The position numbers and the translations under genes are program-made. Below are positions 53,210 to 64,000 of a DNA stretch of 64,000 bases, piece by piece; within the stretch, counting starts at the first letter, position 1; every line of letters begins with the position of its first letter. Source of the DNA: a virus (lineage: Duplodnaviria > Caudoviricetes); the IMG/VR virus record IMGVR_UViG_3300035676_000001. One strand, given 5' to 3'. The notes beneath the pieces were generated by a model. It had not been told where the DNA came from, did no database searches, and was given only the letters and a program-made list of their open reading frames with translations.

Positions 53210-56200
53210 CTAATAGCAATACTCCTCAAATCTTTAAATCTTGGTGCTTGTGATTGATCTGTACCAGCCATTACAATCTTAATTGTATATCCAGTAAAGT
53301 CTCCTAGATTATTAGCATTAAATTCATATTCGAGGAATTGGTTATCCAAACTTGCTGGAACAAATGTATCAGGCAATCCATTATTTTTTGAAGGATCAAT
53401 TACATCTGGATACCCATCCTGATTATTATCAACTGTCAAATTAGTATAACCTGGGAATAATTCAAATGACTGTTCAATTTCACTGGAATCTGGTCTAATC
53501 AAGCTGTATAGAACTCTAAAGTCCGCAGATGCTGGTCTGTAAGCGCCGATAATGACCTTAAGTGCTGTTGCTGGTTGAGATAACCTTACGGTGTTTGAAA
53601 CATATACAGCAGCGTGTGGATCATTAACTAAAGAATTAACTCTACCATCATTAACAAAATCTGTAATTGGATTATTTAATCTGTTACTTGATAAGTTGAT
53701 TGAAGAATTTTTCCAGAAAATCATTGGAGACAGATTTGTATCTGATGTTGATAAATTAATCTTTGCAGTGAAAGATTTATTTCTTAGCATTCCATCCAAG
53801 TAAGTTTCTTCATTAATATTGGAACAAATAATTCTGGTCGAAGATAACTTATTAGAAGCTGCGATTTCAACAGTTTCATACCCCTGATCAATAAATGAAC
53901 TTTCTACACCATCAACACTGGTTCCACTTACGGTTCTAATTTCTGCAGATATTTCAGTTGCAGATCCAGGAACAATACATGCAATCTCTGGAGTAATCGT
54001 ATCATACTGAATATTTTCAGTTGCATAAACATTATTTCCACCACCAGTATATTCTGAATTAAATGAAATTTGTGGAGCAGATGCTAGACTTCCATCCGTT
54101 CCCCTGTTTACTGCATTACTATCAAAGTTTGAACGGTCAAATTCGATATAATAAGTATCAATATCATTACCAGTATCACTGATATCGTGAGTTGCATTAA
54201 TTCTTCTTAGAGAAACTCCACTAAGTTCGTACTTATAAACCATACTATTAACTGCATGATCTAAAACCAGAGTGGAATCAATTCCTCTCGTGATAGTAAG
54301 TAATTGCCCAGTTCCTACAGATTCATATTTAATAATTTCATTTTCAATTTTAATGAATCCTGGATTGGATGCGCTAACAGCAATTCCCTCAAAAGTTGTG
54401 AAGTTTGAAGTTGAAGCAACACTGATTGAAGTGTCGCTAGATAAAAGAGTTGCTGATAGAGTTGTTGGTGCAATATTAGATTCAATATTGCTCAGAGTCA
54501 ATTTATTATTTGAGGCATACATTCCGTGATCGAAATGATTGACCTTCATAAAGTTTCCAGAATAAACACCACCTACTGGAGTTGATGTTCTAATCGTCGT
54601 TCCTGCCAGAGATACTGCTGTTCCAGAATTATCATAATAGACAAGTGTAGAAACTCCAACAGTAGTAAATGATTGTGCCTGAACATTGGAAAGATATAAT
54701 GTATCAAGACCAGTGATTGCAGTAATCGTAATTCTAGCATCACGCCCAGCTGCTGGAGATACATCTGCTGTTTTAATTCCTACTACATCACCAACTGCAT
54801 ACCCATTTCCTGGAGTCGCTACAGTTACTGCAGAAACAACTCCATTTGTGGCAGTCATATTGAGTTTTAATCCACTTCCACTACCACTAATAGCATAAGT
54901 TCCAACATTAGATGTTGAAGTATAGTTAGATCCTCCTGTAGTGATTCCTACAGTAGAAACTGAACTACCTGTACCAACAATATATCCATAATTATATGGT
55001 TTTGCAGCATCTGCAACTTTTCTTCCAGTTGTCAAAATTCCAATCATCGCAGAGTTGGTAATTGTACTTACCCCTACAGCAAATTTCTTAGGTAAAGTTG
55101 TAATTGGATTTTCGAATAGTTTTGGTATATATCCATTACTCTCATTGAGAGTTGGATTCTGGAAATATACACTTCCAGTCTTTGAAGTAAACTCCGCTTT
55201 ATAGAGTTTAAATTTCAAATCTTGATACTGATTCTCTGTCCAGATTGATCCATTCTGAGATTTGAATAGTGCTCCGAGAGCAAACTGCTTAGTATAACGG
55301 ACACTCTCTGCATCTGGTAAAGTTGCAGTATTTTTAGTCTTTTCACCCATTTCAGCAATCCAGACCTCATATTGGTCTGTTTGTGGGGCAAGAAGAACTA
55401 CTGCGTACTCTAAACCTGGAGCAAGATATATTGGATAATCGAAAGTAACAGTTGTTGCTACAGTTCCATCAGTTGAAGTATTGATTTGATTTGGTTTTAA
55501 AATGACTGGATTTCCAACAACTGTTCTTGTTGGTGTTCCCAATTCGACCGTTCTAATCTCGACGGTAAGAGGTGCATTATCTGGGTCTTTACTTGCAAAG
55601 AATAAATCTACTGCAGTCAAATATGCTCCATTACTATCATCATTAGGAGAATTTCCATTCAAATCTTCAATGTTTCCACCAACAGAGAATGATTGTGCAA
55701 GAGGATCGACAAAATAAATCGTTGTTGATGTAGTCGTTACTTTTTGTCTTTCCTCCCAAGTTCCCTCTGCCTTATAAATTGTTTCCGCTGAAGAGATTAA
55801 CTTGCTTCCTGGAAGTGGAGTTTCATTTGTGGAGCTTGAAGATAATTTGTAAACCTTAGATCCTGTTGCAATTCTAACGGGAGGAGCAGGATTTGTATTT
55901 GGATCTCTTAGGAAAAATGCTCCTTGAAGATCTCCATAATTATCAGAAATCAATCTGAGTTGTTTTACATATGCTACTGCTCCGCTAGTTTGACCAACTA
56001 ACTTCATTCCAGTAACCAAATATCCAGAATATAGACCTTGTGCTTCAGCGCATAAAGAATTGATATCTACATTAAGAATTTTTGATGTTGCACTATATGC
56101 TGATGGAATACTTTCATTTTTATCGTATGGGTTGATATTATAAGTTACTGTTGGAGAATTGAAGGGACCTTCTTTATGATTTGATGTTGCAACTCTAAAA

Positions 56201-59200
56201 CTAATTAAATTCTTACCATCATAAGACCCGACAACAGTCTCTCCAACACTAAACGCTGCTGAAGCACCATAATTTTCCAATGTCGAATCAGTTGCAATTT
56301 CAATTAATTTTGGAACGAAATCAACTTCACTATTGCTATCAAGGAATTGATATATTCTCGTTAATGGTTTCAGATTTACTGCATTAAATCCAGTGTTACG
56401 AGATCTCATATAGAGTTCTGTTCCACTAGAAATTAATCTATCTTGAACATTTGTAGAAGAACTTGATCCAACAACAGCAAATGTTCCGGTTGCTCTTAAC
56501 CACACCCAATTTGCCTGATTGATAATATTTACATCTTGAAGTCTAATCGTTCTTACCCAACTATCACTTTCTGGGTTTAATTTTATAGTTCCACTATATG
56601 ATACTACATGGAATGGGTTTACATTTTCAACTTTAGTTGCTAATGGCTGCTCTATCCATCCAATAGATTCATATCTGAGGGTAATTACATCATTTGTCTT
56701 TTGTACATTTGAATCATATAATGAGAAATTATTAGAAAGATCTAAATCTTCATTAATAAAAACCTCGGCAGAAAGTGGTAATAAATTAATACTATTTCTA
56801 CTAATTTGTGGAGTCAGTTCATCATTTACAGTATCTACTTCAACTGTTGAAACTTGTACATTAATAAGATCGCTATTTTTGAAATCATCTACAAAAAATC
56901 CGGTTTTAAATCTATTAAATCCTTGAGCATCTTGAATTTGTAGAGTCTGTGTATTGAGTTCGAGTAAAGAGAGAGAAGTTACTTTTTCTAAATTCTCTAC
57001 TCTATCTTCAATTAATCCAATATCACGCATCGTATATCTTCTATTATCTACTAAAGATATTGAAGCATCTTTTGGATTGTAAAGATATGGGGGCAATGTA
57101 ATTGTTGCCATCTCCATAACTTCATCTGGTTTTGATGGAGCTTTAGGATCTGTCGAAGGAACACCCTGAAGAACGATAAAGTTTCCTAATTTATCCAAAT
57201 AAAGTTTATCAATTCTACCAAGATAGAAATCATAACCAACTAAAGAGCTTTCATTTGGAGAAAGGACTAACTTTGGTTCTGTACCGAAAGTTCTGGAAGC
57301 AAAATCGAATGGAGATGAAGTTGTGCTAGAGAATACAGATACTCGTGGTCTGAAATCTAAAGTATCTGATGCTCTTACATTATTTTTACCAATATTTGGA
57401 ATATCTGATGAGAATCTCGCTGCCTCATAACTATTGACTGTAAATACATCTCCAGTATCACCAGATGGGACTGTATAGTAATCAAATACTACCAATAACT
57501 GATTGGTTGGTGATTCTTCTCCAGAATTTCTTACAAGTCTGGAATAATCATAGTATTGCTCTTTTTGTCCTTTATCAAGAGTAAACTTATTAGTTATATT
57601 TTTATAACTACCTGGGGTGGTGGAAATGAGAGCAGTATTAATATTAGACTCTTCAAAATTAATATTTTCACCTACAACAAATCTATTGGTGTTTAGATAA
57701 ACAATACCTAAATTATTTGAAGATGGTTTAGAAACAATTCTTGCAATTGCCTTACTTGTTCCACCAACAATATTCTCACCGATAATTGCATTTACATCTA
57801 CATTGGCAATAGAACTGAATGAAACTACATCCAAAGATGGTGCAGATGTATTTAAGGATTCATATACTGCAATAACTTTCGCTACATCTGGATAGTTTAA
57901 ACAAATTTCCTCATCTTGGACTCTCAAACCATAATATGGATTATAAGCCAGTCCGTCATTAATAGAAGTACTAATTCCAGTACCAGATTCTGTATACTTG
58001 GATAAAGTTACATTAATTGTTTTACTACGATTAAATTGCTTTACTTTACTTTGAATTCCGTTTTTAATAAATGTTGCATTGATTGCTGCAATATTTTTAT
58101 TATCAATATTACTAAATGTAACTTGATTAGATGACAGAGTAAACTTATCTGAAGTCAAATCTTCAATTGTTCCATCCGCATAATGAATAGAATATCTTTC
58201 TTCGTCAAATGCTTGGAATTGTGAAGTAGCAGAACTTATTCCTAAATCAAAATTACTTGTAGAAACCGTAAGTGTATTACTTGATGGGGTCAATGTAGCA
58301 TTAGACTGTGCTGTAAATGTTAAAATAGAATCACTTAGATTTGTGGTTGAAATATTTGAATCTGGTAGTTGTGCATAAAGATATCCAGATTGCTCATTTC
58401 TAATTTTTGGAGTACCAATTGAAAAAGTTGTACTTGTCTGAGATGCTGGTAAAGAACCATCACAAACACCAGATACATTAGTAACTGATGCCAAAGTCAT
58501 AGATGACCCATCAGCAGAAACTGATTGAACTCTATTATATGTTTCAGTAAGAAATCCTACTCTTTGATATCTAATAATTGTATCCGATGCTATTCCACTG
58601 AAGATTTTTCCAGATGCGGAAACTGCACCACTTGATTGAATAGTAATTACATCAGTTGGAGAAAAACCAAAAGCAGTAGATTTGTCTAATTGGGCATCTG
58701 CTGCAAATGCCGTAGAAAATCCAGATACTGATGTTGACTGGAATAATGATTTAATGTCTTGAGTTGAATATGACCTTATTGATCTTATGGATCTGGAATA
58801 TAATTCCAATCCATTGATTAGAATTTGCTCACCAACGATAAATGTTCCAGATGTTTGTCTCAATGAGATAATGTTAGATCCAGTACCAACAGATGTTGCA
58901 TATCCACTAGCACCACTACTCTTACCTTTTACAAATGATGTTGCAGGAAGTTCGGTTCCAGAGACACCCTGGTTTAAGGTAAGTTGTGTGTAAGTCTGAA
59001 TATCATAGAGATATAAATCCCAATTTGTAGCGGCACTTGAGTATGCTGCATCAGTTACATTGAAGGTATATACTCTAGCATCACCGATTTTAGTTCCTGA
59101 TGCTGCAGTGGTTGATGACTTTCTTTGATTATAAAGTTCTATAGTCGCTTTTTGCTTTGGACCTCCAGAAGCATTATTTACTCGAACCAAATTACCCATT

Positions 59201-60393
59201 TCAAATGGGATATTAATATCAGACTTAGTGGCAGTTGTTCTTGGTTTAGGAACATCTACTATTTCTATACCGGTTTTTTCGATATCATATCCCCTCACAT
59301 ACGCTTTGCCTGGAGCAAACTTGATACACATCAAGTTATCTGATGGGGTATTTCCTTTTTCTGTTTTTTCATTACTAAAGAATAGACCATCATTACCCAG
59401 TCTATTATTCAGAGAATTATTTAATGAAAATTCAAATGGATCTACAACATAATCTCCAGATTCATCATATGTTCTTTGCGCTAGATAATCTCTAATGATC
59501 GAGTATTGAGATTTGGTTTCAATTTTTTTAATTGCACCGTTTTGAACTCTCAATAATTCTACAAAATCAGTATCATTATCAATATCTGTCAGTAGTTTTT
59601 TGGTTAATGTTAGAGAAATTTTAAATCTATCTGCGCCAGGTGCAGCATAGTTAGTAAATCCTTTGGCATTATCATAGAGAGATGAATCATCTTTTGCTGT
59701 GATGATTTGCTCATTAATTCTGAGACCTACACGATATGATGGTGTATTAGTGTAATAGTCGAGAATAATTGTTTGTTTTGGTACTCTTACAAATGTACCT
59801 CTAATGAAGTAGACGCCTTCCCCTATTGAGGCTGCTGATCCGGTAGAAGTTGCATCTGCAGAAATGGTAGTTGCAAAAGATGTACCAGCATTAATTGTTG
59901 TTCCATTGTAAATTACATTTTCACTTGCTGATAAAGATTCTCCATTTTGAAATTCATTAAATGTAAAGTTATTATCGGAATCTTGATATTTTACATATAT
60001 CGTTACATATTCAACATCAGAATTTGGAAGTTGAACTAATTGAATAGTTGCAGTTGTTCCAGAAACCTGTCCTGTTATTTTTTTACCTACAAACTTTTCA
60101 ATGTATGATGCAATATTAACCCCAAATGCTGTTGGGTTTAACTTTACAGCATAAAACTGATTATCAAAAACAATGTTTCCAGGGATCACCATCGATCCCT
60201 CTTTGAAAATATGACTACCGAACGATTCTACTTGATCCTGTAATATTGATTGAAGAGTATTTAATTCTCTTGCCTGTACAGGTCTTCCTGGATTGAATAG
60301 AACCTTATAATAGTTTTTATCCTTAGCGCCGATATCACGCTCATTAAAATCGTCATAATATGGGCTTACATTTAGATTTGTTTTCTGAGCCAT
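53206..60393 (-). CDS. Giant virion structural protein (DUF4815/VrlC-like)
   Basis: PYYDDF...VLFNPGRPVQARELN N-terminus, RTYDESGDY, DPLAQSF; follows gp8. Confidence 0.85.
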   Translation of the reverse strand: MAQKTNLNVSPYYDDFNERDIGAKDKNYYKVLFNPGRPVQARELNTLQSILQDQVESFGSHIFKEGSMVIPGNIVFDNQFYAVKLNPTAFGVNIASYIEKFVGKKITGQVSGTTATIQLVQLPNSDVEYVTIYVKYQDSDNNFTFNEFQNGESLSASENVIYNGTTINAGTSFATTISADATSTGSAASIGEGVYFIRGTFVRVPKQTIILDYYTNTPSYRVGLRINEQIITAKDDSSLYDNAKGFTNYAAPGADRFKISLTLTKKLLTDIDNDTDFVELLRVQNGAIKKIETKSQYSIIRDYLAQRTYDESGDYVVDPFEFSLNNSLNNRLGNDGLFFSNEKTEKGNTPSDNLMCIKFAPGKAYVRGYDIEKTGIEIVDVPKPRTTATKSDINIPFEMGNLVRVNNASGGPKQKATIELYNQRKSSTTAASGTKIGDARVYTFNVTDAAYSSAATNWDLYLYDIQTYTQLTLNQGVSGTELPATSFVKGKSSGASGYATSVGTGSNIISLRQTSGTFIVGEQILINGLELYSRSIRSIRSYSTQDIKSLFQSTSVSGFSTAFAADAQLDKSTAFGFSPTDVITIQSSGAVSASGKIFSGIASDTIIRYQRVGFLTETYNRVQSVSADGSSMTLASVTNVSGVCDGSLPASQTSTTFSIGTPKIRNEQSGYLYAQLPDSNISTTNLSDSILTFTAQSNATLTPSSNTLTVSTSNFDLGISSATSQFQAFDEERYSIHYADGTIEDLTSDKFTLSSNQVTFSNIDNKNIAAINATFIKNGIQSKVKQFNRSKTINVTLSKYTESGTGISTSINDGLAYNPYYGLRVQDEEICLNYPDVAKVIAVYESLNTSAPSLDVVSFSSIANVDVNAIIGENIVGGTSKAIARIVSKPSSNNLGIVYLNTNRFVVGENINFEESNINTALISTTPGSYKNITNKFTLDKGQKEQYYDYSRLVRNSGEESPTNQLLVVFDYYTVPSGDTGDVFTVNSYEAARFSSDIPNIGKNNVRASDTLDFRPRVSVFSSTTSSPFDFASRTFGTEPKLVLSPNESSLVGYDFYLGRIDKLYLDKLGNFIVLQGVPSTDPKAPSKPDEVMEMATITLPPYLYNPKDASISLVDNRRYTMRDIGLIEDRVENLEKVTSLSLLELNTQTLQIQDAQGFNRFKTGFFVDDFKNSDLINVQVSTVEVDTVNDELTPQISRNSINLLPLSAEVFINEDLDLSNNFSLYDSNVQKTNDVITLRYESIGWIEQPLATKVENVNPFHVVSYSGTIKLNPESDSWVRTIRLQDVNIINQANWVWLRATGTFAVVGSSSSTNVQDRLISSGTELYMRSRNTGFNAVNLKPLTRIYQFLDSNSEVDFVPKLIEIATDSTLENYGASAAFSVGETVVGSYDGKNLISFRVATSNHKEGPFNSPTVTYNINPYDKNESIPSAYSATSKILNVDINSLCAEAQGLYSGYLVTGMKLVGQTSGAVAYVKQLRLISDNYGDLQGAFFLRDPNTNPAPPVRIATGSKVYKLSSSSTNETPLPGSKLISSAETIYKAEGTWEERQKVTTTSTTIYFVDPLAQSFSVGGNIEDLNGNSPNDDSNGAYLTAVDLFFASKDPDNAPLTVEIRTVELGTPTRTVVGNPVILKPNQINTSTDGTVATTVTFDYPIYLAPGLEYAVVLLAPQTDQYEVWIAEMGEKTKNTATLPDAESVRYTKQFALGALFKSQNGSIWTENQYQDLKFKLYKAEFTSKTGSVYFQNPTLNESNGYIPKLFENPITTLPKKFAVGVSTITNSAMIGILTTGRKVADAAKPYNYGYIVGTGSSVSTVGITTGGSNYTSTSNVGTYAISGSGSGLKLNMTATNGVVSAVTVATPGNGYAVGDVVGIKTADVSPAAGRDARITITAITGLDTLYLSNVQAQSFTTVGVSTLVYYDNSGTAVSLAGTTIRTSTPVGGVYSGNFMKVNHFDHGMYASNNKLTLSNIESNIAPTTLSATLLSSDTSISVASTSNFTTFEGIAVSASNPGFIKIENEIIKYESVGTGQLLTITRGIDSTLVLDHAVNSMVYKYELSGVSLRRINATHDISDTGNDIDTYYIEFDRSNFDSNAVNRGTDGSLASAPQISFNSEYTGGGNNVYATENIQYDTITPEIACIVPGSATEISAEIRTVSGTSVDGVESSFIDQGYETVEIAASNKLSSTRIICSNINEETYLDGMLRNKSFTAKINLSTSDTNLSPMIFWKNSSINLSSNRLNNPITDFVNDGRVNSLVNDPHAAVYVSNTVRLSQPATALKVIIGAYRPASADFRVLYSLIRPDSSEIEQSFELFPGYTNLTVDNNQDGYPDVIDPSKNNGLPDTFVPASLDNQFLEYEFNANNLGDFTGYTIKIVMAGTDQSQAPRFKDLRSIAIR

Positions 60394-60396
60394 TTC

Positions 60397-61956
60397 TTAG
60401 AATTCCAGGATAATTTTAACGTCTTCTTTTTGTCTAGAACTTCTTGTTACTGTGGGTCTATTATCAATGTAGATTATATCACCTGACTTATTATTTATCT
60501 CTGGATTTGCAAGACCGTTTGTAAATTGAACTCCGAGATTTATAATTTTATTTGAAATTGATGTAGTGATTCCAGAGAAAGAACTATCAATAGAAGCATT
60601 AAACCCACCAGCAACTTTGGAAACTTGATTAGTTGAATTAAATTGAAGAACTTTTCCAGATGTTGATAATCCAACATAATCTGTTTGGTCATAAGTTGTT
60701 GGATTAAAATATAAAGATCTATCTTGATAATATTTCAGAACTTTGGTTTCCGAATCATATGATGCAACATATCCAACAGCAGTTCCACCAGTAACAGATT
60801 GTTGAATCTTATCTCCAACAGAAATACTTCCAGTTGGTGTACCGCTGAATTTCATTGCATAAACTGCAGAAAATTCACTAGAAGTAAATTTGGAAGTATT
60901 AATTCCTGTAGAGTCATATACAGTTGGGTTTTTTAAAATTCCAACTTGCGAGAATTTAGTATCTATTGGAAAATCTTTCGTTGAATCGTCAAATCTCGCA
61001 TAAATTAAAACTTTATCCGCTCCAAGTTCTTTATAGATATCAAATCCGTGACCCTTGGATGGTGGAATAATAGGAATTAATTCGGCATATGTTCCTGGAT
61101 TCCCAGTTGTTCCCAAATCTACAAGAGCATATGTGTAATTCTTTCCACCAGAAGTTACTGTAGCATCAGTAATTCTCCCAGAGGTATCTACATCCAAGGA
61201 TACTGTCGCCCCACTACCATCACCAATGATATTACAAGTTTGACCCGATGTTAGAGTGTATCCCAGACCTCTATTCTGAATATATACTTTTTTTAATTGA
61301 TTATCATTTAAAGTTGAATCGCCGTTTTCTCTAACGGCAGTTATCTGAGAATCTGTAGTAGTTTGCCAATCATTTGGAACGGTAATATATTCGATAGAGT
61401 CAAATTTAATAATATCACTTGGAGAGACGGTATATAAGTATTTCCAAATATATCCATCACCACTTTCACCAGCTCGTGAAGGTTCTAAATCGGTAAAAGT
61501 TGGTTCATCTTGAGAGGAATTTCCTGTAGTATTAATTCCAGATGAACCATTATCAATACAAATATAGACTCTATAATCAGAATTCATTACATAATAATTA
61601 GCATCGTACAATCTCATTGCACCTGTAATTGGTGATGGATTTACAACACTATAATCGGGTCTATACATTTCATATTTTGTACCTTCAACCCAATCTATTC
61701 TTCTAATTACTCTTCTAATATTTGCACTTGTAATTTTTTTACCAAAAAGAGCAGTAGTTTCATAATGATTCAAATAATCAATATTATCTGTTGGATTTGG
61801 AGGTGTAGTATCCCAATTAGAATCTCTACCAAATCCAGAAGTTGTTGGATTGGATAAACCAACAAATACATAATATGAATTTGTAGAATCCTGAACAGAA
61901 TCTATAAAATTAGATGCATTCAGGATTCTAAATTGATCTGTTACAAGTGCAGACAT
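60397..61956 (-). CDS. gp8: Baseplate wedge subunit
   Basis: VTDQFRILNA..F, YRVY.C..NG, DGYIWKYLY, GDIIYIDNR...R...QKED.KIILEF. Confidence 0.9.
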   Translation of the reverse strand: MSALVTDQFRILNASNFIDSVQDSTNSYYVFVGLSNPTTSGFGRDSNWDTTPPNPTDNIDYLNHYETTALFGKKITSANIRRVIRRIDWVEGTKYEMYRPDYSVVNPSPITGAMRLYDANYYVMNSDYRVYICIDNGSSGINTTGNSSQDEPTFTDLEPSRAGESGDGYIWKYLYTVSPSDIIKFDSIEYITVPNDWQTTTDSQITAVRENGDSTLNDNQLKKVYIQNRGLGYTLTSGQTCNIIGDGSGATVSLDVDTSGRITDATVTSGGKNYTYALVDLGTTGNPGTYAELIPIIPPSKGHGFDIYKELGADKVLIYARFDDSTKDFPIDTKFSQVGILKNPTVYDSTGINTSKFTSSEFSAVYAMKFSGTPTGSISVGDKIQQSVTGGTAVGYVASYDSETKVLKYYQDRSLYFNPTTYDQTDYVGLSTSGKVLQFNSTNQVSKVAGGFNASIDSSFSGITTSISNKIINLGVQFTNGLANPEINNKSGDIIYIDNRPTVTRSSRQKEDVKIILEF

Positions 61957-61989
61957 TTGAATATAGTTTTTTTCTATATTTATACTATG

Positions 61990-64000
61990 TTACAGAGTCT
62001 TTTTAATTGGACCAATATTTCTTAAACCATATCCTCTTCTTTGGATAGTTGGGAAAGTTGATAATCCAGCATCAACATTATAAGCAGAAACTGCTATGGA
62101 AATTGGTGATGTTGATCTTGTAAATCCTGACAATTTACCCCAAGAGAATTTACCCACGGAAGACCCTGTTGTTGCAATTCCAACAATAGGTGAAGTTGAT
62201 TGGATGTTACAAGTAATAATTCCAACTGAACTATTAAATGCACTAATATTATAGATATTATCCAAGAAAGTAGTTCCAACTCCAACTATTGCTGAATCGG
62301 TCGTATAAATCGAAGTTACACCTTTTCCGACGGAGGTATTAAAGATATAAATTGGTTGACCAACTACTAACCCCGTAAATGGTGCGAGAGATGAATCTAA
62401 TGTAAATTTAATCGCAAGAGCAGTGCCAATTCCAGTAGATGTTGTAATACCAGTAATATCTCCAGAGAATCCTTGTAAAGTGGTCACATTAGAAATATTT
62501 TCATAAGTAGGATCTGGTAAAGGAACAAGAACCTGTGGAACACTTGATGTCGTATATCCATATCCAGGATTCGTAATTGTGACCGTCGATAGAGATCCAT
62601 TTACAATAGAGATGGTTGCAGTAGCAGTGGTTCCAATACCAACACCAATTGATGGTGGTGCAGAAATACTTACCGTTACTGCTGCTCCAATGTACCCACT
62701 TCCAGCGTTATTAATTGTCAATGCCTGAATAGTACCCCCAACAGAAACAGTTGCTGTAACGGCAGCCGAAACGGGGTCAGCAGCACCAGAAATAATCAGG
62801 GCATCAAATTCTATATTACCAGGAGAAACATTTTCATAATTGAAGAATTGTGCGTTATCAACATAAATTTCCGTGTCTGATGCTGAAATATTTTTAATAA
62901 CCTTTGCAGTTGGATAAATTTGTGATTCAATGGAATCTCTAGATTTAGAAACCACATTACCATCAATAATTTTATCTACTTTTTGCTTAGTCCAATTTAC
63001 TGGTTTGAGATTTTGAGTATCAATTCCCTGCAAAGTATAAAGATTTGTTTGAACTTTATCTGATGATGAGATATCAGTAATAGTTCTCAAATCTTGAGTT
63101 GTGGTAATTCCCAATAATTGATTATTACTATAAACTTGTAAATTATCACCTATCTTAAGAGTTTCATTAATATTTACGGTAACACTATCAGAAGAACTTC
63201 CTCTATAGAAGAAAATAGCGACATTATCTTCTGGTTTAGGTGCTTGAGTAAAGGTAAATGATGTTCCACCATTAAACTGATAGGATAATTTTGGTTGTTG
63301 TAAAATTCCATTGATAAAAATTAGTAATAAGGAATCAAAATCTATCAACTGTGAATCTGGATCGGAAGGATTCCTTTCAAAACTTAATAGTTCCGAATTA
63401 TAGTAAAGTGGGAAACGAGTTCTTGATCCATCTTGATAATCTTTAATGGAATCAATATAATCAAGTTCCCCAAATTGCCAAGCTCCAAATGAATCTGTAA
63501 ATGTATCTAAAACTGTGAGTTGGAATTCCGAAACAGGAGAAGGTATACCATATGCAGTTACCAATCCTACAGTTTTAAATACATCACCTTTCTTAAATCC
63601 ATATCCAGATCTTGTAATTTTAAATCCAGTGACTTCAAATAGGGTAGAACCTACACCTACAGTAGAACTTGCACCAACCTCAACATTTAACAGCAATCCA
63701 ATACCAGTATCCGTAGTATTACCAATACCAAGTCTTGAGACTCCAGTTACAGGTAGATTCTCATAGTTTGGAGAAGAGACATTGATTTGTGGATTGGTAT
63801 ATCCACTACCACCACCAACTACTGTAAATGATAAAGTTCCACCGGCACCTACAGTTGCAGTAATTGTGGCTGCGGAACCTGTATGACCACTTTCAGTTAC
63901 TGCAATAGAAACTGGATTTCTATATCCAGAACCATAATTTCCAGTAGTGCCAATTCCAATCGATACAATAGACCCACCAGAAATAATAGCAGTTACGGAA
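61990..64000 (-). CDS. C-terminal part of large baseplate wedge protein (gp7-like); 5' end outside window
   Basis: Frame open from window edge (63999) to 61990; G..Y/A.A.A repeats; sits upstream of gp8. Confidence 0.75.
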   Translation of the reverse strand, partial: SVTAIISGGSIVSIGIGTTGNYGSGYRNPVSIAVTESGHTGSAATITATVGAGGTLSFTVVGGGSGYTNPQINVSSPNYENLPVTGVSRLGIGNTTDTGIGLLLNVEVGASSTVGVGSTLFEVTGFKITRSGYGFKKGDVFKTVGLVTAYGIPSPVSEFQLTVLDTFTDSFGAWQFGELDYIDSIKDYQDGSRTRFPLYYNSELLSFERNPSDPDSQLIDFDSLLLIFINGILQQPKLSYQFNGGTSFTFTQAPKPEDNVAIFFYRGSSSDSVTVNINETLKIGDNLQVYSNNQLLGITTTQDLRTITDISSSDKVQTNLYTLQGIDTQNLKPVNWTKQKVDKIIDGNVVSKSRDSIESQIYPTAKVIKNISASDTEIYVDNAQFFNYENVSPGNIEFDALIISGAADPVSAAVTATVSVGGTIQALTINNAGSGYIGAAVTVSISAPPSIGVGIGTTATATISIVNGSLSTVTITNPGYGYTTSSVPQVLVPLPDPTYENISNVTTLQGFSGDITGITTSTGIGTALAIKFTLDSSLAPFTGLVVGQPIYIFNTSVGKGVTSIYTTDSAIVGVGTTFLDNIYNISAFNSSVGIITCNIQSTSPIVGIATTGSSVGKFSWGKLSGFTRSTSPISIAVSAYNVDAGLSTFPTIQRRGYGLRNIGPIKKTL

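Noticed and set aside
1-64000. CRISPR arrays, IS elements, integrase, rRNA, photosystem genes
   Set aside because: No spaced repeats or matching protein motifs seen in this window

Overview
64 kb segment of a T4-like cyanomyovirus (AT-rich, apparently infecting a cyanobacterium). All supported genes are on the minus strand. In transcription order (right to left): baseplate wedge (gp7-like partial, gp8), a DUF4815/VrlC-like giant protein, neck/tail completion (gp13-15), terminase (gp16, gp17, split by four inserted genes), sheath/tube, portal, protease, scaffold, capsid (gp18-23), gp3, uvsY/uvsW, gp55, gp47/46, a CobT-like vWA/CobS-like AAA pair, gp45/44, dam, gp62, regA, hsp20, gp43, uvsX, a 2OG-Fe(II) oxygenase, gp41, mazG, tRNAs, a nucleotidyltransferase, gp61 and the start of nrdA. 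Main observations: (1) a tRNA gene split into 5' and 3' stubs around a cassette of late promoter + HNH endonuclease + replacement tRNA-Leu(TAG), with the HNH stop codon inside that tRNA; (2) both free-standing homing endonuclease genes have start-occluding hairpins with a late promoter in the loop; (3) a ROSE-like RNA thermometer before the viral hsp20; (4) several late proteins, including the nucleotidyltransferase, carry T4 internal-protein capsid-targeting-like peptides; (5) PD-(D/E)XK-like nucleases beside dam and the tRNA locus; (6) an NblA-like microprotein missed by the ORF track. All assignments come from motif recognition by eye, without database searches.
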